A stretch of DNA of 64,000 bases from Tubiluchus corallicola (lineage: Eukaryota > Animalia > Priapulida), in assembly GCA_030141605.1 (NCBI GenBank), contig JAQGDQ010000028.1, positions 62,001 to 126,000 of the forward strand. Reading direction: 5' to 3'. Positions 49,410-63,700 of this stretch are shown piece by piece. How positions within the stretch are numbered: position 1 is the first letter of the stretch; each line of letters opens with the position of its first letter. A program made the position numbers and the translations under genes. The notes beneath the pieces are model-generated. The model made no database searches, was not told the origin of the DNA, and saw nothing but the letters and a program-made list of their open reading frames with translations.

Positions 49410-51649
49410 CCTATCTCATATATAATTTGCGCGTGTGGCATGCAGGCTTTGTGTTTGTCATGGTGTCTGCATTACTTGATGAATATGATCGCATATTGGC
49501 AATCAATATTCCAGTGCTTCTGCAATGCTATGGTCGTTGATCCCAGGATCATACTTTTTACAATGGCAAAAGAATTAATCCTGGATTGTCTAGGCTTCTC
49601 TTAGCAGTTAAAATGTCATTGAAATTTAGATTGGAAATCTAGCTATGAAATGCGTACGAATCTCTTTAACTTAGACCTAGCAAACACACATAATGCACTG
49701 TGACACAAAAATGTCTTTTTTCACCAATTTTGACTCTGCCAGGTCTGCATAACTATCCTTTCATCAATACAAATGAGGCCAACCTTCATTTCTGCACCTC
49801 TTTGAAGAAACATTAACAGTCAGTCCAACGTGATGATATGATGATTTGTAGGTCTGCTGGATAACCTCAAAAAACACAACTGACATCCACTGAACAAGTC
49901 TCTTTGGCACTACGTGTCAATGACTTTCATTAGTGCCTACAAGCACTTACGACCCCAACGCCTGCAACGTCGGAAGCCCACAACAAGGTGTTAGTGCTGA
50001 TATTCCCAGCGCCAAGAAATGTCAGATATGCGCTAGAGGTGCTAAAAACTAACTTGCTGTGTCTAAGCACATAGAGTACTCGTAGTCTTGATTTTAAAGT
50101 ACTAATTGACTTGAGTGTGACAAATAAAAATTATAATTGTCTAACACAAAAGTGAGATTCTATCAGTTTTGTTTATTTTGTCAGTAATTCGGGCAGAAAA
50201 ACTTCATTGTCATCATGAATCAGAAACTTGATAAAATCGTGTAGAACAAAGTCTGTCATAAGCATCATAAGCAAAAAAAGTGACAGCTGCGTGTGACTTC
50301 GCACTTACTCAACTGGGTAACCCATGATGCAGCTCACCTTTCGACTAGTGAATTCATGCTAAATCAGTTCCTGATTAGTCATAAAGTAGAGTTTATTACT
50401 GAATTCTTTGGTACTCCGTGAAATGAAATCCCATACGAAAAACAATTGGGATTTATTATACTGACTTTCTTTTTAATGAATTGTTTTTCCGTTGATTTTC
50501 ATTGAGCTTTTCAATGCATGGAAGATTACTGCTATTGCTAGTTGCTGATTGGTAGTCTATAAACATGCGGCCAAGCCTCACCTGGGTTTGCGATTACTTT
50601 TTGACTGTTGAATAAAGACGAGAGCCGGTTTTCTGTTATTCTTCTCGCCAGAGCATAATATTGGTGATCTAGTCTAAACATCCGTGTGCACTTTCCTAGT
50701 TGTGCTGTACAATATCATTAGGAAAATCCATCTTTTCGTGTCATCAAATGATCTGCAATTTCTGATAAATCGTTTGGACAATACACGGATACATGCCTCG
50801 CATTTATATATACCGATCCGTTAGTGGAAATAGGGGAAACTGAGACAATGAGTAGAAGAGAAGACGGAAGAGGTATAACAATGAATGAATGGGCGAAAAA
50901 AGAGACGAGAAATAGGGATGTGAAAAAAGAATGAGATAGAGAGGGGGAAGGAGAAAGGGGAAAGTGTGGAAAAATAATGAAAAGGAGAGAATGTATTATA
51001 GAAAATAAGAAGTCAGTCAGCCCTGTGACAAGGAGGGAAAGAGAGAGCACATGCCGAAAGAGAGTGGCATATTTTGACGAGAAACAGAGTGGCAGTCTCT
51101 AAAATGGTTTCCTCTGTTCGTTCTGTGTTCCTTTAGTTTGCCTTTCTATTTATTGGGAACGGTCCAGTAAAGTTGCGGCCAAGATATCTTTTCAAGGCCA
51201 TTCGGTAGCCCCTGATGCGACTAACACCCGAGATTACTACAAAGAAGCTCTCGTACTATTCTGGCCGACCATATTTACTACAACGCTACATACTTGGAAT
51301 ACCAATGTAAAACGCCTGTCGTGTTTTTTGTGCGATTTTATGACTCAGTTCAGTCTACAACAGGAATTCTCAGTGCTTTCCTACGGTCAAAATACAACTA
51401 ACGAAGCTTAAATGAGAATTACGAACTTCTGCCTGTTTGTTCACGGATTATAATTTGTGTGTAATAAGCCTGCTGCAGAGTCAGACCGATACGTTTGAGT
51501 TCGAGTCAAAACACCTAAAAACTTCTTTAATCTCAAACTATAATGAAGCACCTTTCGGATCTTGTACCTTCCCTTCTATTCCGTTTGATTCAATTTTCTA
51601 TCCTTCGGTCTGTTTAGTATTCTAAATAATGAATATATTCTATTTAATA

Positions 51650-51850
51650 ATCTAAATAACAATAACAAACTATAACTGCAATAACAACTATAATTACGTT
51701 ATTCCTTTCTGTTACTTTCATTACCATGCATCAGGCAGGGCAACAACGTATTCCAGTTTTATGGTCTTTGGTAATACCCAAAATGCGGTATTGAACCCAC
51801 AACGTCTCTAGCTGACGGAAGCAGATACGTTGTGCCTGGTATAACTAACC
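51650..51850 (-). mobile_element. tRNA-derived SINE
   Basis: Minus strand reads B-box gggttcaatacc, then gggtattaccaaagaccataaaactgg..ccctgcctg and a (TTG/TTA)-rich tail. Confidence 0.65.
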
Positions 51851-54800
51851 AGGAGTTCTTTTCAACTTCGTAGTCGTTTAGGATTTTCCGGCTCCCAGGC
51901 AGATAAGCAGTAATTTACCGTGAGCATGAGAAAGTGCATAGCTTAGGTATTTTGCCAGCTCCTGAAATTCCCGTGATATCATTTGTTTGTCATCGCATTC
52001 TCAGAACCCGCGTTTTCAGTAAGCAAAATCCGTACCATAACATTGTTTTGCCAGCTTGAAGCCACTAATTTTATGCAACTATTGCACTAAGCATGCTCAG
52101 CCGAACTTGAATAACAACAAAGTTGTAAATCATCGCGTCAGATATCTGCATCTGGGTTTCCAAATGCAAAATTTTAAGAAATTTAAGCAGGGTGCTCATT
52201 TGCTCTGCAAAACTGCTAAGGCAGTGGTAAATTCCTCAGTACATGTACTAGATTTCGTGTGTGTTTTTATTGATCAATTCAGTGCATGTCGACTAGCTTT
52301 ATGTAAATTTGAGGCCTTAGAAACACTGTTTTGCTATGAACTTTCAGAAAACACGTATTAATTTCGATGCTACACTGCATATATATTTATAAGGCTTCCT
52401 ATATTTCTATGGCTTCATACATTCGTAGGACTTCTTGAAGGTGAATATCCTCGCTGTTATACAGTATAGCTAAGAATAGGAATCCTAATAAGGATGATGC
52501 AGTCTTAACAAGAATTCTAAATGATATAAGGTTATTCGCATGCGTTCGCAAGGGAAATCTACAAATCTTTTCGTTTACTCAGTTTTAACCATTTTTTCGG
52601 AGAAGGATATTTTATTCTTGCTGAGAAAGATGTTACTGGTTGCAACTTACCTGGTTGCATGCCCTCTTCATGGTCATTTGTTTGCTCGGAGTAAATATGC
52701 ATTCAGAAGTAACTCTTGCCGCTTTGGTAAGTGTAGTAAATGTAAATGCAAATTTTGGGAGTCTTAGCTTACTGTACTGCATATTCATAAAATGATAATT
52801 TTCCTAAAAAATTATTTACGTAAATATTTTACCTTCCTTCCGTATTGAAACTAGTTTTATAGGAGAGCAAGTACATTGTAGTAGTAAGACCGTGATATTG
52901 CAAAGCCAGTTTCCTGAGCAAATTAGTGACGTTACAAGGCAGTATTGGTTTTTCTTGGGTTTTGATTTTAGTCTCAGACCTTATACTAAAACTGTTGTCC
53001 AATGTATTTACATTGCACACCAAGACCACTGACAAAGCTCTATTGTACATTGCCAAATGCCAATAATATCGCCATCGGGTTGAGTTGAACTGAAAGAGAG
53101 ATGCGTTAATCCAACAGCGATAATACCGTGTCTGGTTCTTCTACTGATTTATTTTGTTCCCGCATTTTATGTTCACGATTTAAGTTTTTATATTTTATAT
53201 TTAATAATAATTTATCTGGCGATTTAACTCTTACTTTACTGTTTACACAAAAAAATAATCCATTGACAACGCTACACAACTTTGAATAATTTATCTACAA
53301 GCAAAATTTCGTTTATTCCACCTTAATTAATTTGCCTCGAAACAAATTCAATTACGCGTAACGTTCGTGCTGGGACCAATAATTTCTGCTTAGCGGGTTT
53401 TCAGCGAAAATGCGTTGATGTTGATAAACCGAGGCAAATTCTGTTGACTAAAAGTCGGTTGTGGAAATAATCATGGAAGGCATTCTGGAAGTTCCAGGAA
53501 AATTTAATTAAAGGATGGGAAAATTTTAACTTTTCGGATTGCTTTGATGTGAAGATTGAAACAAGAAAAGGAGATGGAAAAGGAGACGGATTGCTAACAT
53601 GAATTAACATTTTGAGAAAGATCAATTTTGTGGTTGGGATGTCCATATTCGTTCGCTGAAATGATCCATTGTAGAGGCTGGAGCGTCAGATTTCCCTCAA
53701 TACCACTTTTTGATCACCATTCTTATTTTTATTTTTTATTATCAGACTACACTCGATAGTCTGTCACAATAAAAGACCTAGTACTTATAAATGGTTCTGT
53801 GATGTTACTCATGTTGGACATAAATTTTGAATCCGAGTCGACGAATTCTGATAACACGTGTATGTATAACTTGCTTATTTGCTTATTATCTAGTTTTCTA
53901 TCTGCCGTTTTGTCTGCCTGCCTGCCTGTCTATTTATCTACCCATTTCGTTCTTTCATTCGTGCCATATTTATGCACTTATTTTTTACACTGTATGATAT
54001 GTAATTGAAATTGCGTGCAGTAGAATTTTTATCGAATATTTCCTGGAAGTATCTCGTGTGTAATTTTCTGAAAATTTACAGCAATTTAGCGACATCACAC
54101 TAGCCGCAGTTTTGAAAACCCATTTCTTGCGCTCTACCCTACTGGTAAGCGTTTAGTATTGATCTGTACTTCTCCTTGCAGAGCAGAATCAAATTGTTTT
54201 TCTTATATTTCTCTAAGGCTTTTGATTGTGCATATTATTCTCCATGAGAAAATACCGTTATTGTGGGAGTATAGAAGCTTAATTGCTTCCTGGTTAATTA
54301 GCAATCAGTAGTAAACATACTGGGTACAACGTTGCAGTTAAAGGAAGTTTTTGCGTCAAACTAAATTTTTTAGGCGGTACTGAGACAGTACTTAAAAAAG
54401 TAATATTTCAAAATTTGGCTACTTCCCGAAATTTATTAGCTGAAGTTGTATGTATATTATATGTTGTTGGTGTTTTGTTATGAAAACAAATTTCAAGTGA
54501 AACTAACATTCTGTCAGGCGTAGGCATAACATCTTCCTAAAAACGTATGATTTCTGTGCTTAACAAATAAAGAAAGCGATACAGTGTCTCCCTAAATATG
54601 ATTGATTTAAGTGCAAAGTAAGGCCATATATATACGTGCAAAATATGTGGTAATAGAATATATACATCAAATTATGACGTTGTAATTTTTCATTAATATT
54701 TTGAAAATATGTATTGTATAATAATTGTAATGTATTTGTGAACGTTAATTGTTAAACCAATTAATTAAACTAAATTAAATTAAATTAAATATATGTATAT

Positions 54801-55188
54801 ATAGAATGTATTAATTCTCGAATTATACATAGACCTCAGTGATGCTATAATAACTCTGTGAAGGATTACTTATCACTTGAAATTATTAGCTTGAAACCTA
54901 CAAAAGAACTTAATAATTCTGTAAAGGATTGCACGTCATTAAAAAATGTTTTAGTTCTTGATATGCATAGAGAACTTATTGACTAGTAGGGATTGTTTTG
55001 TCGTTAAAGGCTGCATCAGCAGCATCAGTTCTTAAAATATACTTAATTGCCAAAACATGATCAAATCAGGTACTTTGGCTGCTGATGGAGGTTATTTATC
55101 TGTTTATACCATTTTTAACAACCATTAAAAATCGTTGTTCTTAGTGCAATTTATATTTTAAAACACCTTTAAATAAAATATTCAGTTT

Positions 55189-55500
55189 GAAAGTTTTAAG
55201 AGTTAGGCCTATTATAAAATACTGTACACACAAAACTGATTAAAACACATAAAATGTGATAATAATCTCCAACAGCACACAAACAAACTAGAATACCAAA
55301 TATAACTGTAGGATCTTACTTGAATAATATATATTTTTGCTGTTTTTTGAAACTGTGTATCAGTTAGAAAGTTTTAACAATTAGGCGTATTATAAAACAA
55401 TTACTATACACACAAAAGTAATTAAAACATAAATGTGATAATGAATACTTATGATCTTACTTGAATAATATATGTTTTTACTGTTTTTTTGAAACTGAAA
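55189..55500 (+). repeat. Degenerate tandem duplication (~180-bp unit)
   Basis: aagttttaa..ttaggc.tattataaaa...atcttacttgaataatata occurs twice (~55190 and ~55369). Confidence 0.75.
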
Positions 55501-55868
55501 GCTTTTTGTGGAATGTATTTTTGGTTTAATAACATAATTATTGTAGTAGGACAAATGAAAAGACCTACGACAGGCATTGAGTTTCCTGGGTTGCATATGA
55601 AGTAAGTTAGATTGCCCTCTGCTACAGGAAATTACATCTGAATTAAAATAAATGTAATTATAAATATGTACAGGTTGTCCAGTGATTATGATCTCACACA
55701 TACAAACCTGTATGGAGCATACAAACCTGATAATATAATTTATTCATCACAGCTCAGCCAATTTAAATTTGTAATAACATCAGATATATGGTCAAATTTT
55801 CTCATTTTAGAAATAATTCCAGTATTTGAATGGGAATGTTTGCTGATTCCCCATTAACTGAGAGACGG

Positions 55869-56115
55869 TGCCTTGTGGCATAGCTCAGTGGTAGTGTGTT
55901 CTCTTCCCACCCGGGATGTTGAGGGTCCAACTCCCGACCTGGTCATAACAATGACTTAAAAAATGGTACCGCTGGTTGTTCGGCCAAGCACACAGGTTTC
56001 TTGAAGTAACATGTAATGATAATAATCGAGACCACCTTGGAAATAAATATTTAGTTACTTAAGGTCCTATGTCCTAAGGTACTTAAGGGCTATGTCCTAA
56101 ACGAAATTATTATTA
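55869..56115 (+). mobile_element. tRNA-derived SINE
   Basis: A-box tagctcagtggtag, degenerate B-box gggtccaactccc, body ggtcataacaatgacttaaaaaatggtacc, (ATT)n tail. Confidence 0.7.
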
Positions 56116-58661
56116 TAGTACATAATATTGGAAGATACTAAGTATTTATGACTTGTAACTTGTGAATTTATGAGCAAATATTTTGCTGTTGATGCCAATT
56201 AGTACGTCAGGCATTCATTGACTACAGCTGACATGTGATAATTCCAGTATAATTATGAAATGATAGTGTAGGCTAGATTAGACCAGGTTAGATGAATAAG
56301 CGACAGTACTTCAGTAAAATCTTTAGTAAATGTTTATTCTGCAGAGATTGCTTATCTAGGGAGAAACTCAGAAAATACGATGTATTTGTGAATTAACTGA
56401 ATGACTAATTCTCATCTGCAGTAATGCAAAGCATCAAATGAACGTTGCACGTACGTTGTAAGCCTAATGAAAGATCTTGCATTCCACATGTGCACTGTCT
56501 TGCAATCGGAAACGGTATTTAGTGTATCTTTGATTCATTTAGCTCTCCGATTGTTCGCTTGCGTATTACCAGCATACCGCAGCCTTTCTTGTGCGCTCTG
56601 TTGCTATGGCGACAGCGCTTTTTGCAATTTTCTGAACACAAGACGGATTTCACCATATTTTTCGAAACACTTTTCGAGTACACATTCTACAAACATTGAA
56701 AATATATTAAATAAAAGTTAATCTGAAAGGGCTGAGTCCATTTAGTTTAGCCCCATAGAACTCAACTACCTCTGTGAGCGCATCCGTTTAGCATTTTGAA
56801 CACATTCGTATCAAAGTAAAAACGCACAACGTTTAGGCCTATTTTTTATGTACTCTATACCTTTTTATCCGTACTCTTGGTCCGTATACGTTGATCTCAC
56901 AACCCATTGTGCCAAGGAACAGTAAATGTACAGGCGGGTAACTGTTTGTTTTGGAGGCGAAAACTATTTTTTTATAATTTTAATTGTAGGCGTTTTTACA
57001 AGAACACGTCGGTGCGAGGAGGATAATTGTGTGTGGAATAGTTGGGCATTTAACCTTTGAAGTTAAACAACATTGGGTCTGATTAGTAAAGTAGATGGGT
57101 GTTTGATCAGGATCTGATCATTTGAAGTGTATACACGGCTGCCGAACACCTTCAGCTGTTTCTTTTACCGAGGAAGGAAGATCATGGCTAAGCTTCATCT
57201 GCCGATTCGTTGTTTTAACTTAGAAAATAGTCTGATAAGTTGCTAGTATGATAATCAGTCAAGTCACACAGTCAACGTTTGTAGTTGGAGCTGTTGTTAA
57301 CTGCTGGAAAGCTGGGTTGCTGGGTTCCAGTCTGTGTGCGGAAGAGTGTAAAACATTTTATGTTTCTTTAAAGCAAAAGCCGTCTATTGGGAAGCTGAGC
57401 TTATTTTAATATTTGAGGAAAATTATAGAAAGATTCAGCAATACAAATGTGATAAGGGCCTCGTGTAATTAGTGTCAATTTAAAATCGCGATAACTTCGC
57501 GCTTGAGCACGCTCGTTTTGACGACAAATGAGATCATCTGGTTTCCGTGCCGCCAGGTGCTTGAACAAACTTTTTTGATTTATAGAGCGAGCTCTATAAA
57601 CTAAGTAACCCTACTATATGCTCGTAAGTTTGCGTCAACAAAAATCTGAAAGTCAACAAAAATCTGAAAATTTCATATTTACAAAATTAATGTACACTAC
57701 TTACACATTTTAAGGTATAATTCCGTGGATGAAAGCTGTGTAACCACTTTAAATTGGTCATAATTGATTCAATGGCTAATTTAACATTTTTAACCCAGTT
57801 AAACACAACGCTAGAATAACGGAACTTTTAAGTCTACCTTCACCACAGCTTTCACGGCATTCACGCTGTCCGGCAGGCACCAGCTTATGCCATTTTTTTT
57901 TTCATTTATGCCGGCATGTTCACTTGGCTTGAGATGAGAAATATTTGAATTTCTTTTACATTTCAAAGCAAGGCATTTTATGCTCATATATCTTGTGGTG
58001 CTTTCAATATTCTTAACAGTATATAAATATGCAATAAATGTTGTTCTTACAGTTTAGTAAAATGTGCAATTTGTGCTAAACAGCAAATCAGACTCTGTCA
58101 TGCTTCAGTCAGCTGCTGTTACCAGGATGCACGCACTTTTGTTCTTCAACTTTCTGTGGACTGTGAAGGTTACGATGAACTATAGATATTAAAGGTCATC
58201 AAACGACAGTGTAAAATGTCTTCCACGCTCTCTATGGTTTTCTTGAATGCTTTAACCATCACCCAATTATACTTGTGTCTGCTAGAAAAGAATTGTTTTG
58301 AAAAATATAAGATAGAAACGTGGACGAATCATAGAACAAAAGTGTCGGGTTTAGGTTAAATTGCGGTTGAAGTACATTGCTTATCCTTATCCAATCAGAA
58401 TTACGAAACCCAGAGAACTCAATGAGACATCACAGTGTCATAGACAGTTGTTAATTTTGATTATGATGACTTATTTTGACTTAACATACCAATAGAATTG
58501 TTGCACTCACAATACTTGCACTCTAAACAGGTGAATTTGATCTCCTCTTTTTCTTCTTGCACATTCTGTATTATCTATTGTTATACGTAAAGCTCGTTTA
58601 AAAAAAGTGAAATGTTTTTCTTATTAAGTCAAGAAATAATAACGACAATTAGTGTATCTGA

Positions 58662-58744
58662 GTAGCCAAGTAGTCTCGGTCTGTGCTTGGCGACCGAAGC
58701 TAAGCAGTGCCAGGGCTAGTCAATCAGTGAATGATTTACTGGCC
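58662..58744 (+). mobile_element. 5S rRNA-derived fragment (SINE3-like)
   Basis: gaccgaagctaagcagtgccagggctagtcaatcagtgaatgatttactggcc resembles the 5S internal control region GAAGCTAAGCAGGGTCGGGCCTGGTTAGTACTTGGATGGGAGACCGCC. Confidence 0.5.
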
Positions 58745-59019
58745 TTTGTTCACATCTAGCTCTTGGTAGTTTCATCTGCCGTACTTGTTCTGGCTGTTGA
58801 CTTCGTTGAGAGAGAAAGTATTCACAACATTGCTGAGGCATCTCTGCCAGTTCATTGTTTTGTAGAGGAATGTCTTCTACTGTGAACTATTGATCCGGTC
58901 TGGCCATAGCGATAGATACGTAGATCCATAGTAAATGAGCCATGCTAATGAGTGCTGGATTTCAGCTTGCAGGGTGCAGAACTGTGTAACAGTCTTAATG
59001 TGTTTCTTGTTTGTTACAG

Positions 59020-59107
59020 ATTGTGTAGTCTCAAGCTCACCCGCCTCCTTGTGCTAAAAATGCTAGACACTGACTTGACGTCAATATTAATAGCTGTCAA
59101 AATGCAG
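59020..59107 (+). CDS. PACS2: PACS exon 2 (gene continues beyond window)
   Basis: LCSLKLTRLLVLKMLDTDLTSILIAVKMQ resembles PACS2 [29 protein letters not shown]; ttacag/gtgagt boundaries; phase 2 matches exon 1. Confidence 0.93.
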
Positions 59108-60635
59108 GTGAGTAAACTAATATACTTATCGTAAGCCTTAATGAAACTGTCAGCAGACCATCAGGTCTCAAATCCCTACTGGAAGATTACGTTTAAAGCG
59201 GCTGTTAAAATTCTGTCGCGCTCCCGCGGGCAGTTCGCGTGTTTCCATCGCGTGAATCGATCACCAGCCAGTTCAATTTCGTTTACTGATCGTTATTCTG
59301 TTCTGTCAGACGAGAAATTACTTGATTCCCGAGAATCGTTTGCCGAGTTTGGTTTGAACTAGTGAAAGTTTCACCATTGATGCGTTTCTGTCAAATTGAT
59401 CACGTTGTTTCAATCATTTTGAACAGTTTTATTATTTTTGGTAGACAGTATAGTAATTGAGAACTTACTAAACTAACTGTTGACTACTTATCTTCAATAA
59501 CAGGTGAAATAACTGAAATAATTAAATTATTATTGATTTTAATAATTTCGGCATTGTGACCAGAGCTACAAATAACTGGGATTTATTAATGAAAGAAAGT
59601 TTACCTATGTACCCTAACCATCCTTCTCTTAATGTTCAAAGTAGCTCAATTTCCTTGTAAATGCATAATTAGTGCAAAATTTTCTGTACTGTAGGCTCTG
59701 TCTATATAACTTGGTTAACTGCCTTTATTAATGTGTTTTAATAAAGCATAGTAACGACCTAATAGATCTTATTTATTATGTAGCTAGGATGAAAGAAATT
59801 CAACAATCTAGGATTATATTGCTTTCTAATACAGGTCCTTGGTGCTAACATATTTGATTGAAATATCTGACTATGTAAAATGTCCAACGTACTAGCAACA
59901 ACAATTTTACAATCACTATACATAACTGAATATGTCTATGTGTTGTCTGCGTTTTGAAAGATGCCTTTATATTTGTTTGTTGAAACTGTAGTATGCTTGT
60001 TGTAGTTGTGATCGCCGCCAGAAAAGTACAATAAATAAACTTGTAAAAAAGAATTGCTGGCAACCTGCTAGTGTTTGAAACTGAAAATGCTGTGATTAAA
60101 GATCTAAAACGAACTTGTTTTGCAACGACTGCTACCGGTTCCTTTGAGCTATCTTATTTGATATTTTCGGACACACTTTTGTGCGTTTTGGTGCCCTTCG
60201 TAGGCTTTTGAGATTTTTGTCTCTGATCAACTCGAGTTTATTGATTATTCTCTTCTGAAATTGCAATTTTCAATAAACTGATAGTCGTCGATTGATTATT
60301 CAAAAAATGTTTCCTAATCCTGAGGCCAGTATTATCAGACAATGTGACTTGCGTGAAAAAAACAGTAAATCCGTCGCAATTTCGCAAAATCTAATTTTTC
60401 TTGTAGCTAGGCAATACTGTCTTGCGCAAGCCCTGAAATCGAGAAACTTTCCTAAACATTTTTTTATGTATAAACTTAAACTAACTTGCTGAAAATTAAT
60501 TATAGTATCGCATTTTTAATAATAATTTTTCCATTTCTATCTGAAACCTCTATTGCAACTGGACTGCATCCAAATGAAGCCAATGCCCTGGTCTGTTTCT
60601 ATGGCAAGTCACGCACACCCTCACGCGCGCACACG

Positions 60636-60638
<3 letters not shown>

Positions 60639-60702
<64 letters not shown>
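60639..60702. repeat. (AC)n microsatellite, ~32 units
   Basis: Directly visible. Confidence 0.97.
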
Positions 60703-60703
<1 letters not shown>

Positions 60704-63700
60704 GGTTTTATCAAGGTCGTCCAAGCATGTGATTCGCTTGACATAATTACGGCCATCTTACAAAATTAGGCACCAGTCTCTCCGTGTTACGTGTTATTTA
60801 TTACTTTGCTTAATTACTTACCGCTAGCCGCTACTACTAATGCATAATTGTGCTGCACAAATAGCCCAGTGCGCAATGCTAAAGTATCTTCTGCCGAGTA
60901 CAAAGGTTTTTAAGCTGACCAGTTTGACCTAATTCAACAATTGGAGGACCTCCTCTTTTCTCCAAATCATTGTTTTCTCCTGTTGGCTCATTGAAGCCGT
61001 TTAATACTCTAAAAATAGGTGATGCGTGTACCGCTGCAAGGTAGTAACTCCTAGTGAGCCGAAGTTATAAACTAAACCACGAGGCTCTAAACGACATTTA
61101 ACAGTTAGCTGACAACATCTTGCTTTTGGAGAAATAAAACTACTGATCAAGCTCTAATGATTGCATAAGTAGTATCATCTTTGAAAGAAAGATTAAGGAA
61201 TTTAAGACAATCCGCTTCCAGAATGGCAAACTATGGTAGCCGCAGGTAGCGTTTACCATGTTAGAAGAAGTCGTGTGTCTGTCTCCTAAAGTTTACCATA
61301 GAAAATTGTTAAAATGTCAACGTAACTGAAAGTATCAATCATTGTACACGGTGATTAAATTAGGACTATTACAGTAACATTGCCATTATCCCAAATTAGA
61401 GTATGATGACCATACTGTACAAGTGCTGGTGCCAATGAAAAGATGTTAGAATGTTTGCATCCACAATTAGATAGTAGTCAGTCACAGTAGTGCTGGTTGT
61501 TACTTGAAAAGGCGAAAAATATTCCGCGTCTTAAGGCTGCCAATCCTTGTACTGCATGTGACACGTTAGATTGCATTGATTACATGTAGTTTAAGCTTTA
61601 GGGTTATGCAGTATATTAGCAGATCTATTATTATTTAGATGCTACAAGCATTAGGTCACTTGCTAGGAGTAATGTTAGGATTGCTATCACTCACTCTTGT
61701 CTACCACATTTGTGTTTACCACATTTTGAAAGGGATCGCAAACCAGCCAACAAATCGTGGACTCAGCAAAGACAATGAATAAAAAAACAAAGCAAAAGAA
61801 AGAAAGGGCATAATGTTTTGAACTGTGAATAATTATAGTGGTAGTGGGATTCTTTTATTCATTAAAATTCGTTAAAAATGCGCCGCACACTGCTTCACAT
61901 TGTGATTTTAAAGGGTTAAAACAAGACAGCTGTGATAAACTGGCCTTTGCCAGATGATCCGCTGCAAGGTAGTCAGCCGTAGTGGCCCGTTGCTACAACC
62001 TAAACCACGAGGCTCAAAACCCTATCTCAGGTCTGGTGTTACCCCTGCCCAGTATAAAATTACAATTCCTTCACTCGCACAAAGATCACCTGGTTTCGAA
62101 GCATTTTTCTTCAGACCTTGAACGTCCACTAGCATTAGGTGTAAAAATAAAACACATTTACGAAGACGTTGTATTAGAGGCTTCATTGGGTAAATAATAA
62201 ATGCAATGAGGCCACATTACACCAATTCTTGTTTTTATGCATAAAGCGCCGCGAAAGCCCTTGAAACTGGAACTGCAGAAATTACATATCCACCTATGAG
62301 CCCATGCATATATTCGGGTCCTTCTAAAGGCGTGCGACCAGTCTACAGTATTTGCACGCATCAATGCAAGGCCACCACGATAACTAGCGAATCATTATGG
62401 CTCTCATACTGAGGAAGACGTGTTGCCGCTGACACCATTGTACCATAATGGTTCATCAGCCACGTCAAATATTGGCTTTAACACATGCTCTTGATTTGAG
62501 TTTCACTATAAACAGGATTTTATGACCGCTGTTGATGAAACACATTAAACAAGTGTGCTGAAATTACGCTTGCCATTTCCTCTGCGAGGAAACCATCATC
62601 AAGAGGACAAGTCGAAACTGTTGGGTCATCAGTGAGCATGGGATCTAATCAGATGACATTCACATTATCCTCCAGGGTTAGCATTATCGATTAATATAAC
62701 AATCAGACAGAGTGGGGTTTGAGAGCTCATCCTTAATCACTGTCTCGGTTTCATAAAAACTAGTGTAATGACTATGGATAGGGAACGTCATTCAGTGGGT
62801 AACAATCGCACGAGCAGCATATAATGCGTTTTATGTAGTACAGATTTTATGCGGTCGGTAGGTCGATTGACTAGTTGGTTAGTCGGTTGGTTAACTGGTT
62901 GGTTGGTTGGTCGGTCAGCCGATCGGTTTATTTGACTGACTGACTGAATGACTGACTGATATATATCCATGCCAAGAATAGACCCCAAAACCTCAGCCCT
63001 GTTGTTGTCATCGTCATCGTTACTGTGGATACAATCAAAAGTTGCTATACGTCTTGCTGAACGTTCTAGAGGAACAGGAAAGTTAGATTCCTGCTGTGAT
63101 CGATTGATTTCTAATTTTGTTTCAGGAGCAATACTCAATACCTTGTCACTCCTATCAGACTTCAGTAGTAAAACTTAAATTCTTGAAATATTATGTTTTT
63201 ATTCGTATATATTTAGTTATAATTTATTTATTTTTTATTTATTTATGTATTAAATACATCCACAGTAACCATTACAACATAATTTTATAACATATTAATC
63301 ATGTACCCAAAATGACAAGCTGCCAATGGCCTATGGGATGCTCAAGAAGTAATTACTTGTTGCAGAACCCCAAATGAATGTCGATTGAGGAAAAGAAAAA
63401 GGAGGAGTAAAGATTACTAAAGAAGCAGAAAAGAAAAGTTCAGGAAGAATAGAAAGAGAGAAAGATGTGGGTTAACTGTATGAAGTGACGCGTACTATGT
63501 ACTAAGTTACATCGGACATGTTTTGTGTCGTTTACATGTATTGTTTATTAAAATTGCGGAATTCAAATGCTAATTGGATTCTCTTGGGATATTAACCTTT
63601 TCTCTAAGCTCTAGCACAACAGTTATGCTAGATTGATTATCCATTCATGAAACCTGTTTAATCGTTTCTTGCCAAGCAGTTAAATGTATTAGTGTCACTT

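Noticed and set aside
50000-50075. KKCQICARG fragment resembling a piggyBac C-terminal cysteine-rich domain
   Set aside because: Too short, interrupted by a stop, and no transposase core or TTAA-bounded TIRs were identified.
50718-51050. 110-aa Ser/Phe/Leu-rich minus-strand ORF, and similar ORFs at 6348-6665, 60486-60756 and 62788-63138
   Set aside because: Low-complexity purine-rich, (CA)n or degenerate tetranucleotide tracts; no protein motifs.
55875-55945. Functional tRNA genes at 55875, 29350, 25390 and ~43300-43380
   Set aside because: A/B-box-like words are present but acceptor and anticodon stems do not pair, and SINE-like bodies follow in most cases.
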